Assembly (NCBI GenBank): GCA_964106915.2
Contig: OZ066922.1
Source of the DNA: Podarcis gaigeae
Lineage: Eukaryota
Direction: 5' to 3' (one strand)
Length of the DNA: 64,000 nucleotides
The notes beneath the pieces are model-generated. The model did no database searches, was not told where the DNA came from, and worked only from the letters and a program-made list of their open reading frames with translations. Below are positions 10,101 to 45,940 of the stretch, piece by piece. Position 1 is the stretch's first letter. Each line of letters opens with the position of its first letter. The position numbers were made by a program, and so were the translations under genes.

Positions 10101-11394
10101 CGTGGTCTGCCATAGTCAAAACAAAAAAAAAATCCTTACAGTAGCACCTTAAAGACCAACTAAGTTAGTCGTCAACAGGCTCATCACAGCTATCTGCCAA
10201 TCACCCATTCCCACCACCCTTCTGAGTAATACCCCTCCCCACCTTCTCACTATATAGAAGGGTCTGGAAACTTCTGTTTCAGTGTATCTGAAGCAGTGTG
10301 TATGCACACGAAAGCTCATACCAAGAACTAACTTAGTTGGTCTTTAAGGTGCTACTGTAAGGAATTTTTTTTTTGTTTACACAATACTTTGTTACTTTCG
10401 GAACAAAAAAATTTTTTTTGATCTGTAATATATGTTTTATAGAAAGTAATTTACTACCTTGCAACCATTTTATTACCCTTTCTCAGTCCTACTGCTACTA
10501 TCACCCTTTGCTTCGAAGCTAAAATTATACTGCACAATTGTGTCACCAACTCACCCCACAGGTTCTTTCTTCCTTCTGGGAAAGCCTTGTAATTATAGTT
10601 GCTGTTTCACCAAAAACCTTTATTTTCTGGGAAATCATTGCCCCCTGTGTACTTTGAGGGCACTTCTCTGCCCAGCGTAAATGAGTGGTATGTTATCCCA
10701 TAGATGATTTGGGACACTTGCACTTCAAAGATGGTAACAGATGATGAACTTGCTGAAGAATTGAAGCAAAGGCAGATAGACAGACTACACAGGTGTGTAC
10801 AACTTGGATTTAAATCCTCTTTATTCACCGACAACATACTGGCCCATACTAGGTTAATTTAACAGATATGCGAGTCTTGCATGGCGTAATAGAATGCTGC
10901 ACTTTATAAAAGACACAGGACAACTGAAAATTAAATTTTGTTGACAGATGAGTTCATACTCAAGTGCGCAGTCTGTGTGTTTGATACCGTAGCAACATGT
11001 ATTTCAAAAAACTGCTTTTTGCATCTACCATTCCCTTTGTGTGCCTTGTTAGTAGTTTCCCAGAAATTATTGGAAGTGATCTGCAGACTCCTAGCTATCC
11101 ATATAATCTATTCTCTCCCCATTCCCTCACCTAATTTCCCAAATTTAAGGAAGAAGTCTTAATTTTGTATCATTTGGAAAAGTATCCTTCTTACAACTAC
11201 TAGCCAGAAAGAAACCAGCACACCATTTATCTTTCAGATCAAAGCAGTTCCAGTGGAAACCTATTCAACATGATGCAAACCGAATGAATTCTTATCGCTC
11301 TCTTCCACTGTGTGAGTTAGCTGACACACAGCTTGCCTTCCACAAACCAAATCTAGCAGCAGAACTTGATGACCCATTTCAGTTGGAAATTTAA
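133..11394 (+). CDS. WD40-repeat protein of the WDR49/WDR95/WDY-like family; 3' portion, 12 exons, 5' end outside the window
   Basis: GT-AG exons 133-190, 1194-1239, 2272-2331, 2627-2789, 3933-4022, 5350-5408, 6565-6706, 6809-6848, 7859-7947, 9188-9342, 10704-10792 and 11238-11394 join with consistent phases into one open frame of ~381 aa ending ...AELDDPFQLEI*. WD-repeat motifs include GHKDDILCLASCPPHFLATSSFDGEVLIWN, CAGDQLGFLYIWNIAEY and HNCSITSISLMNEHQLLLTTSLDYNAKLWSLKGEYIGTFGQ. Confidence 0.88.
436..565. mobile_element. ~130-bp palindromic hAT-like MITE family; other copies near 2415-2530, 5605-5715, 13222-13280 (partial), 47293-47423 and 53094-53222
   Basis: Recurrent core tggccctccagatgttg...actacaact...caacatctggagggcc with inverted arms, seen six times in the window. 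Confidence 0.65.
691..933. mobile_element. Tc1/mariner (Tigger/pogo-like) MITE
   Basis: TIRs CAGTGGTACCTTGGTACTTGAA / TTCAAGAACCAAGGTACCACTG; TA at left, TG at right (mutated TSD). Confidence 0.8.
1194..1239 (+). CDS. WD40 gene exon (RYIISVGLGQKISIFP)
   Basis: Acceptor ttttttaaaag, donor gtaagt; phase 2 to 0. Confidence 0.8.
1750..1925 (+). mobile_element. Squam3-like tRNA-derived SINE, degraded
   Basis: Head ctgtagctcag...gcagaaggtcctaggttca and tail ggtataaaacagtttcctatg resemble the recalled Squam3 consensus. Confidence 0.6.
2272..2331 (+). CDS. WD40 gene exon (DIDDEVVEGSYPQLDWIRSM)
   Basis: Acceptor tttaatttcag, donor gtagga; phase 0 to 0. Confidence 0.7.
2627..2789 (+). CDS. WD40 gene exon (EQGHKDDILCLASCPPHFLATSSFDGEVLIWNLLSGH...)
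   Basis: Canonical GH...WN WD repeat; donor gtgagt. Confidence 0.9.
3142..3340. repeat. Direct duplication of 87 bp (3142-3228 and 3254-3340)
   Basis: Two identical copies separated by 25 bp. Confidence 0.95.
3933..4022 (+). CDS. WD40 gene exon (DLTINKIIFLLSRLEKKKTAAMLVASGPR)
   Basis: Polypyrimidine tract plus cag acceptor, donor gtaaag; phase 1 to 1. Confidence 0.85.
4038..4102 (+). repeat. (AGAT)n microsatellite
   Basis: ~16 perfect units starting 15 nt after an exon donor. Confidence 0.98.
4345..4517. mobile_element. Palindromic MITE (possibly PIF/Harbinger-like)
   Basis: Inverted arms cacaccatacatttaaa / tttaaatgttggtgtg and ggaactgcagttt / aaactacagttcc. Confidence 0.6.
5350..5408 (+). 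CDS. WD40 gene exon (GYIAFWNIYGRGRLFAYFSS)
   Basis: Acceptor tttcccag, donor gtaagt; phase 1 to 0. Confidence 0.87.
6565..6706 (+). CDS. WD40 gene exon (SRERSTVSDVAVDDKDFLLCAGDQLGFLYIWNIAEY...)
   Basis: Acceptor ttgcttgcag, donor gtgaga; inside ORF 6436..6852. Confidence 0.88.
6809..6848 (+). CDS. WD40 gene exon (LLHSWNTHNCSIT)
   Basis: Acceptor tttttcaaatag, donor gtaaga; phase 1 to 2. Confidence 0.85.
7859..7947 (+). CDS. WD40 gene exon (ISLMNEHQLLLTTSLDYNAKLWSLKGEYI)
   Basis: C-terminal half of a WD repeat; donor gtaaga; phase 2 to 1. Confidence 0.88.
8583..8814 (+). mobile_element. CR1 LINE 3' end
   Basis: ccatgatggcta...ggatgctggtctaggtgggccattggcctgatcc...ttatgttcttatg tail, shared with the copy at 40820-40956. 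Confidence 0.65.
8873..9083. mobile_element. MITE with short TIRs
   Basis: GGGTTGTATCCAA ... TTGGATATAGTCC imperfect inverted termini. Confidence 0.45.
9188..9342 (+). CDS. WD40 gene exon (GTFGQREPWNIKKKSSW...)
   Basis: Family-typical GTFGQxxxW motif; donor gtagga; phase 1 to 0. Confidence 0.85.
10083..10377 (+). mobile_element. Penelope-like retroelement fragment with an inverted terminal segment
   Basis: ~51-bp inverted repeat (10119-10169 vs 10327-10378), 13-bp TSD tacacaatacttt (10070-10082 and 10378-10390), and a hammerhead-like motif at 10284-10321. Confidence 0.75.
10704..10792 (+). CDS. WD40 gene exon (MIWDTCTSKMVTDDELAEELKQRQIDRLH)
   Basis: Acceptor cccatag, donor gtgtgt; phase 0 to 2, which fits both neighbouring exons. 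Confidence 0.7.
11238..11394 (+). CDS. WD40 gene terminal coding exon (...SYRSLPLCELADTQLAFHKPNLAAELDDPFQLEI*)
   Basis: Acceptor tatctttcag, TAA at 11392-11394, AATAAA downstream at 11626. Confidence 0.8.
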
Positions 11395-11625
11395 CAGCTT
11401 CTTGGACAGGCTGCAGGGCAGAGGCAGCCTTTAAGCAACCAAGCAACTTTTCTCAAATGTATGATGTGTAAAAAGCAAGCAGAATTTATAAAGTGTGCTG
11501 ATGTGTTTTTTTCTGACCAAAGAACTTTGATGGCTGTTAAGAGATCAGTCCTCTTCGTGGACATTAATCCCATTGGTTAGGACAATCATTGTATTACAGT
11601 AGCAGATTAAGCTGAAACTAGTGAC

Positions 11626-11631
11626 AATAAA
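11626..11631 (+). terminator. Putative polyadenylation signal of the WD40 gene
   Basis: First AATAAA seen, ~230 nt after the stop codon. Confidence 0.5.
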
Positions 11632-14600
11632 AAAGTCTCAGGGGAACATCACTTCTGGTTCAAGAAGTAGATTTAAATATTTATTATAAATTTTTACACA
11701 CAATCTCTGGTAAATTAGTGTTGCCACTTGGAAATCAACTGACATATTCATCCATTTGTGCATGATGTCACTATGAAGGATTCCATCCCTTTACATATAA
11801 ACACTTTGCATACTTAAACACTGCTATAAGGTTATTCAAGCTGAACACACTCCTGTCCCATGGAGACACATTTACATAAGAAAACACACGCTAAATATAA
11901 AATGTCTGTAGAACCCTGGCCATGGCAGCTGATTGACTTTAGCTTCAGCTTGTTATGGTGAACTGATTTCCCCAATTCACACCTTCATTTTTCTGTATCT
12001 TGAGGTACGTTTATGAGAAAACTAAATGGAGTCACTTTGCAGCTTACAAGAATTGTACCATTTTGCTGTTCACAAGTTTATCCTAACAAAATAGCAAATG
12101 GTGGTTTTTTTAATTGGACAATGCAATTTAGCAAGCTTCTGTCCTCCTCATACATACTAATTTAATATATTCACAGGAACCCATTCCAAATTCCAAACTA
12201 TGGAAATGAATTTGAAATTGCAAAGATCATTCTTCATAATATGATTTTACATTTCTGACTTGAACTTGCTAGCTGGCAGCCTTGGGTATTCTAACTGCTG
12301 TTTAAAGTAGCTCTTCTGAAGCAAGGCTGGAAATAAAAGTCTTGTTTTGGAACCTTAGGTATTTCTGTGTGTGTATTGTGTCTGTGTGCAAGAAAGGAAG
12401 ATAGCAGGAAAGTTTCCACTTATACAGAAAGGTAACTCAAAAAACGACAACATTTGTCTGTAAGATAACAGCTCTGTAGAGAAGCTTGTACTGCGAATTA
12501 TGGCCTATTAATCTGCTGATTTTTGTAAGATACCTACTTAAATTAAGTAGCAATTAGGAATTAAAATGGAGCGGGGGTTTAGATGAAAAAATTGTGGGAA
12601 ATTGCAGTCAAACATAATATGCATGATTGCTAGTTACTGCATGAACGGGTTAAGAAAACAGAGCTGTATTCCCAGACTTGGCTATGTCACACACCCTCTT
12701 CTCTGATGTGCTAGGAAGCGAAGCCTTCTCTTCCTGTTCTCTCTCTGATCAAGGAGCAAGCTTAGAGCACGCGTTTGAAGTTTTCATTCTGTACATTCTG
12801 TCTTCTCCTTGCTGCTGCTTGGATAAATGCATGAATCTGACTTTTTTGTAAGTAAAGCTTTTTAAACTAACAGTGTGTGGTTTGTTCATTGCCAGAGGGG
12901 TAAAAAGAAAGGAGTGATGTAGGCAACTACATGGGTTATGAAAAGGGTTTAATAGCCTATATTCCCATGCTATAGTGCTGCTTGGCTTTTGTGAGTTTAA
13001 ACTCTGCTACTGGGGGCTCTCTCCTGCTGGAGAGTTCATTCAGCCCTGCATTTTGAATCCAGGCACCCAGCCGATTCTTTTATTCATAGCCCCCCAAGGA
13101 TTCATACCCCCCCCAATTAGTATCAAGGCCTGCATTCCAACTCAGTTAAATAAATACCTATAATTAAATTGTAGCCAATTTAAAATTACACCAAATTTAA
13201 GTGAGAAACTAGCTGCTTAAATCAGGCATAGGCAAACTCCGGCCCTCCAGATGCTTGGGACTACAACGCCCATCATCCTTGATTTAAATGGTGGGTTCCA
13301 TTTTTTTTAGGTAAGGGCCATGGAAGATGAAGGAATAACCAGTTAACATGAGCAGGCATCAATGCAGAAGGACATGACATATGGAGTGAAATTATAATTC
13401 CTGATGATTCTAAACAGGTTCAAGAAAATAATCTGATGCATTCCAGTAAAACTGGCCAAGACTTATGGGCTACTGTTTTATAGACAAGTGTGGGTGGGTG
13501 GCATGACTATGAATAATGAATCTATAAAACTATAATTACTGGTGCTAGGTGGAGATGAAAGTAGGAGCTGAACAAAAGCAGGCAGTACCACTAATTTGCT
13601 GTTGTGAGATAAGAGATAACTCATGCATATAAACAACTGAGGGAGTAAAACAAAGTTGCTAATTAATTTTTTCCCCATCACTCATGTTCAATATCATCCA
13701 CAACCAGAAGTGGGCAGAAAGTAGACAGGAGGGAAAAAAGCAGACTATGCAAAACTGCTCAGTCTGCCTTCCTGATATTCACTAAGCACTTTGCTCATGT
13801 GTTTTTCATGCATGCAAATACCCCATCCCAGACACATTTAACTACACTAACATACTGATAAATCTACTGGAGTCACAATGAACCACAGGAACATGATGGG
13901 GAAGAAATTCATCTCAGACACAAGGCACTATCCTCTATTAAGCCTAAACTGGAGAGGCCAAATCCATTCTTAAATAATGTTTTAAGAAGATACTTAGCTC
14001 TACTGGTCATGTGATACTGTGCCTCATGAGTTCTAGCACCAGTTGACATACCATTGTGACTTAGGGTACATACTGTATCAATCAGTCCATGGTCTAGTAT
14101 ATTAACTCGTAAAATGTACTTTAAAATTACTCAAAATGCTAAACGTAAGCCAAAAGTATGAACAGTGCTTTCGTTACATATAGTCTGCAACTAAGAAATA
14201 ATGTTCACTCAGAAACAGAAAGGTGTATAAAGCTAAACCCATGCTGTAAAATGTAAACAGATGCATTGAAAAATCTAGCATTTCTATCCCAAAAAGAAAG
14301 AGTCCACGTTCACAAAGAGGCTTTACATATATATCACACTTTAATAGGCTGATTTTGATTTAGCAGCTTCCCCTGCAAAGCAATCAAGCTACTTTGAAGA
14401 TAAAGTGTGGAAAAGTATGGAAAACCCCTGGGAGGCCAGCTTAGAAACTTTTTGAATGAATTCTGGGCAAACTCCATATGCCTACACTGCTAGATTACTA
14501 TTAATACAAACAAGGTTCCATCTTTGTACCATTTCATTAAGGGAATATTTTTCTGCAACAAATCAAGGGATAAAGAACAATTGCAAAAGTGTACAACCTC

Positions 14601-17014
14601 CTTTCTCATCTGAGCAACATTTCCTTAAATAATTTGGTGGGAACCATGCTTCATCCCTGAAGATATGAGCAGGGGGCTTCTAATGCTGTAACAGACCTTT
14701 CTTTTCTGCCATACCTTTCCACATCAATATTCCAGCTTGGACATTTTATACACAGCTCTCTGTAACCAATAATCACTTTAGTATCCAGAATTCATTTGTT
14801 TAGAGTAAGTCATTACGAAGTCAGCGTGACGTACCAGAAGCTGAATTCAGAATATGCTTGAATATGCACATGAAAAGTTTACCTCACACTGAAGCTGCTG
14901 GAAGTCAAAGGAATGGTCTCATCCCATGAATGCCTGTGCTAAATTGACTGCAAGAACATCACTAGTTCCACATATAAGAGAAAAATACAGGTCAAAAGAA
15001 TGTAGCAAAATTGCATAATCCATTATCCTAGGTATTGGTCATAAAAACAGTAATTGGCTGCTTATCTGTGATTTGACTTCCTTTGGGTTATCTATCAAAC
15101 ACTGTAAAATTGGGTTATGCTCCACTGGTATCATAAGACAGACTTATGGAAGGGGCAAATAGGAGAAAGTGACTCCTAATCCCTCCCAATAAAGCAGGCT
15201 TCCAAGTACCTACCAGTGTACAATGCCTAACACAATAATAAGTTTAATTCTTCCCTTCACATTTTTTTAAAAAAACAAGCATTTTATCTAGCTGGCAGAT
15301 TGGCATAAAACGGGGTAAGCACTAAGTTTTCTGCAAGCATCTCTTGGCAAGGAGGTAGGAAATCCACTACCCAAGCTCAAGAAAGGATCCTGATCCATGG
15401 AAGACTGAATACTGAATGACCCCCGTCTTCTTCTCCCACCCAATCCCGTTTATTATTCAATAACAATGTCTTGAAAGATAGAATCCACAATTGCCCCTAA
15501 ATGTTGAGTAATTTCAACTGGCTTCTTCCAGTTGACAAGGAATTCCACTTGCATGAGCTCTTGCTATTGGGGACAAAGAGAAAACATCTGCACCACTCAT
15601 TATTAAGATGGCAGGAGATGAATTAGTTTGTTGAGGCATGTGAAAGGGGTGTGGTACACTTGGGTGCTAAAGCCTCCTCACTGTACTCAGTAAATCTTAA
15701 GAGTGTTTAAAACAAGCAAACAAAACCCCCTTTCCTTGCATTGTTCTGGTACTTCTAAACAGACCAGATGAAGATCTCTGTTATTCACCATCCTGTTTCA
15801 CAGCCATCCTAAAATCAACCTATTGGTGTGAAAGTTGCAGAAAGGAGTGTACAAGAAAGCTTGGATTCCACATGTCCAACGTCATGGTCCTAAGGGAAGA
15901 TCAGAAAATGGCTTAAGCAGCAACATAGCCTTCTTTCTACCCTGAACAAAGATGGTTAAAAGCCTGAAAAATGAAGTCCAGTACAGGAATGTCTGGTAAA
16001 GTCAACCGAAGTCAAAGCCTCAGAAAAAACCTGTCAAATCCTGGACAGAGAATTTTGATAGCATTCCAAAAGGGCCTCTTTTTTGTGAAGTCTGCCTATC
16101 ACCCTGCAATCACTTTGGATTAGTACCACAGAAACCCTAGAGAATGCTAAAACATTTAGTAACATTATGGAGATATTGTACATTGCACAACTAAAAGAAA
16201 TTCTGCCTACAATATTCACTAATCTGTTAAAATCTGAGATGCGGAGAAAAATACAAAACAGAGTGGAGAACCTTCGTGCATGGAACCTGGTGCACAAAAA
16301 ACTGTAAGAAATGACTGAATAACTTGAAAAATACTGTAATAGAACTTGCATAGTAGTTGTGGAAAAAGAGAAGCAAAACTCTGCTAATGTGACAAAGGCA
16401 ACATTTAAGCCAAAAACTGGGCTACTCATGAAGGATGTCTGTTCATTACGAGTTCTTTTGACCCCAATTTGCTCATATTTCAAGGTAGTTGATTTATTAT
16501 CTCCTTTGATTAATTTTTAGGCTTAAAACTGTAATAGTAGAATCAAGTTTAAAGCAATGCAAATTTGGAACATTAGTTGCATGAATGTATCTTTGGGCTG
16601 AGTTTTTTATGGATGCCAAAGGATGCTTGGGACCATTGCTGACAGATTTTGTGACTTTTGTTGTGTTCCTTTTCTAAACACAGAAACAAAAATAGAAGAT
16701 AATTTGGCCAAGAGAAATGGTAGAAGTATTTCAGTAAGGAACACTGACAGAGATCAATTACCAGTTAATGTGTGTGTATTTTCCACTTTTAATTCTGAGG
16801 AGGACATATTTAAAGAACATGCATAGGCAGCATTCAAAATTAAGCTAAATTAGCAAGTCTGGAGGTAATTAAGAGAAATGAAAACATGAGTGAGTCCCCA
16901 GTTATGGCCTTCAAACTTTCACTAACGTTTCATACTATTACAACTTTAAACAGTGTCCTCAGCATCAACACAGAATATGATATATAGGACTGTGTGTACA
17001 CGGAGACCATGAGC

Positions 17015-17020
17015 TTTATT
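17015..17020 (-). terminator. Putative HSPA4L polyadenylation signal
   Basis: AATAAA on the minus strand ~630 nt after the stop codon. Confidence 0.45.
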
Positions 17021-17644
17021 TTGAGTCATGTTGCTAAGGCTTATGACAAAGAATGCTGCTGGTATGAGCTCCTTTCAAGCCTTGGATGTTTTGTCTACAA
17101 GGTTCTTACAGTTTTCATGGTACATCAACAAGATTAACTAATTTGCCAGCTAACCTCTATTTTAATATTTAAATTAGAACAGTACAACAACTAGAAAAAG
17201 GTCAGTGCTTCAAGTGGCAATATTTAAGCCACATCAAATCCAATATCTTCCAAAATAAAGATGCAGAGATCTAGATTTCAGCATCAGTAGTGCAATACAG
17301 TGGCCTTTCCTGAATAAAGGAGCAGAGGCTTACCCACAATAAAAGCTTTAAATAAGGTAGATTGTTGTCATTTATATAGCAATTCTGCCTATTTGATATA
17401 AAATATATCGGGAAAGCTTAAACTGACTTTTACAATCTACATTCAACTAACGCTCCACATAAGCGGTATCATGGAATGAACAATGGGAATGCACTCAAAT
17501 AGAAAAACACTTTCAAACCTACTGCAAAGAACAAAGGACAGAAAGTTGACTAACTGAACATCTGTAGTGTGAATCAGACATAAAAGAAAGATGGACCCTC
17601 TGATTACTTGCACTGCTTTTAATGGACTGAAAGAAATGCAAAAC

Positions 17645-43623
<25,979 letters not shown>

Positions 43624-43774
43624 TCACTGCGGAGCAACAGCCACCAACCGGCACTTCCTCGCCTCTGCGCACGCGCGCCCACGCGCGCCAGAGGCCGCCA
43701 AGCGGGGACGCCGCGAAACTCCGGCTGCGGCATTCGGCTCTTTCCGCACAGCCTCTCCGGCAAAGCCTTCCCGA

Positions 43775-43794
43775 GTTCGAGAAAGATCTGGAAA
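43775..43794. promoter_or_regulatory. Heat shock element (HSF1 site)
   Basis: Four alternating pentamers gTTCg-aGAAa-gATCt-gGAAa (one mismatch), ~290 nt upstream of the HSPA4L ATG. Confidence 0.75.
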
Positions 43795-44341
43795 GGGGGC
43801 AAGGTGAGCAGCGGAGGCAGAGCGCGCGCGGGGAGGGGGGGGGCGGTGGCCTGGGTCGCCATCTTGCGGCCAGATGTCAGTACTGCTGCTGCTGCTAAGG
43901 TGGTTTGGTCGCGCGGCAGGAACATGTGACTTTGGAAAAAGTATTTCTGGGCGTGGCCTAACATGACAGAGGCCGGCGCAGCAGCCCTAGATATTGTTAT
44001 GCAGAAATAAATTAAGCAACGAATTGAAAATCCACAGAGAGAGATTGGTTAATTATTAAATGGGGCTCCCAGGCGCCTGATGAGCAAATAATAGTAAAAG
44101 GGAAAAAATTAAAAAGAAACACTACAACTCAATCGTATTGCATAAGCAAACAGATGTTAAGTGTTCCTGTTGTCCAAAATATATATTACTTACACAATAG
44201 TAATAATTAAGTTTTGCATCTTGGGAAAACATGGTTGTTAGTCAGGTGACGGGGTGGAGGTGGCAGTTGCTATGCAAAGTATACATTAGGCCTACAATTT
44301 ACTCTGACCAGAAACATTTATGGAGTGGCACGGATAAGGTA

Positions 44342-45529
44342 CAGTGGTGCCCCGCAAGACGAATGCCTCGCTAAACGAAAAACCCGCAAGACGAAAGGGT
44401 TTTCCGATTTTTTAGCGGCTTCGCAATACGAATTTCCCTATGGGCTTGCTTCGCAAGACGAAAGCCCATAGGGAAATCTCCGGGGACAGTGGGGAAGCGC
44501 AGCGCGCCTTCTCCTCTGTTCCCGGACCTGTCCTAAGGCTTGCGGTGGGAGGTCCGGGAACAGAGGGGAAGGCGCGAAGGGCTTCTCCTCTGTTCCCGGG
44601 GCTTGCGGTGGGAGGAGGGTTTTTCCTCCCCACCGCCAACATTCAGAACAGCATTCTGAATGTTGGCGGTGGGGAGGAAAGCCCTCCTCCCACCGCAAGC
44701 CTTCAGGACTGGTCCAGGAACAGAGGGGAAGGTGCGCAGCCTGCTGCCCCGCTCTCCAAGCTGCGGATAGCAGCCTGCTGCCCCGCGCGAGGGGCGCTCT
44801 TAAGCAGAGTGCCCCTCGCGCGGGGCCGACATTCGCCGCTTGGAGAGCCCTGCGGGGAAGTCCTGCAGGGTTCCCCAAGCTGCGAATGTCTGCGCCGCGC
44901 GAGGGGCGCTCTGCTTAAGAGCGCCCATCGCGCGGGGCAGCAGGCTGCTATCCGCAGCTTGGAGAGCCCTGCGGGGAAGTCCTGCAGGGCTCCCCAAGCT
45001 GCGAATGTCTGCCCCTCGCGCGGGGCAGCAGGCTGCTATCCGCAGCTTGGAGAGCCCTCTGGACCTCTTCTGAAGGCGGGTGGGGGGCAAAAGTCTTTGT
45101 CCCCCCTGCCTGCCTTCCCGGGGGATTTTAAAATGCTGGCGGGCGGCAGCGCTGCCGCCCGCCAGCATTTTAAGATCGCCCCGGACAGCGGAGAAGTCCT
45201 CCGCTGTCCCGGGGTTTTTAAAATGCTGGCGGGCGGCAGCGAAGGCTTCGCTGCCGCCCGCCAGCATTTTAAAATCGCCCCAGGACAGCGGAGAAGTCTC
45301 CGCTGTCCCGGGAAGGGGGGGGAAGCAAAGACTTTCGCCCCCCCCGTCGGCCTTCAGAAGAGGTCGGGGGACAGACTGTCCCCAAACCTGGTCTGAAGGC
45401 GGTTTCCATAGGAACGCATTGATTGATTTTCAATGCATTCCTATGGGAAACCGTGCTTCGCAAGACGAAAAACTGGCAAGACGAAAAGACTTGCGGAACG
45501 AATTAATTTCGTCTTGCGAGGCACCACTG
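44342..45529. mobile_element. Non-autonomous Tigger/pogo-like DNA transposon, GC-rich, internally palindromic
   Basis: 22-bp TIRs CAGTGGTGCC(C/T)CGCAAGACGAA, TA TSDs at 44340-44341 and 45530-45531, repeated subterminal CGCAAGACGAA motifs. Confidence 0.9.
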
Positions 45530-45681
45530 TATCTAGTGAAAACAGTTCACTTCAGGGAACATGGGCATAGCTAGGATTCTAAGGTTGTTGAGCTTTTTTT
45601 GAGAAATCATGGGTAAATATACCCCCAAAATAGGACATTATGGGGGTGCATGCTTTGGTTGGGGGGGTAGAACCTCAGTTA

Positions 45682-45940
45682 CTGTATTTTTCGCTCTATA
45701 AGACGCACCAGACCAAAAGATGCACCTAGTTTTTGGAGGAGGAAAACAAGAAAAAAAATATTCTGAATCTCAGAAGCCAGAATACCAAGAGGGATCGCTG
45801 TGCAGTGAAAGCAGCAATCCCTCTTGCTGTTCTGGCTTCTGGGATAGCTGCGCAGCCTGAATTCGCTCCATAAGACGCACACACATTTCCCCTTACTTTT
45901 TAGGAGGGAAAAAGTGAGTCTTATAGAGCAAAAAATACGG
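45682..45940. mobile_element. Tc2/pogo-like MITE
   Basis: TIRs C(T/C)GTATTTTT(C/T)GCTCTATAAGAC, TA TSDs, internal inverted arms. Confidence 0.85.

Noticed and set aside
43789-43945. TGGAAA motifs as TonE/NFAT5 sites
   Set aside because: Neither matches the full TGGAAANNYNY consensus.
44412-45574. Long overlapping ORFs (318, 164, 155 and 146 aa)
   Set aside because: They lie inside the GC-rich palindromic transposon. The peptides are repetitive, open on both strands, and show no transposase DDE or HTH motif.
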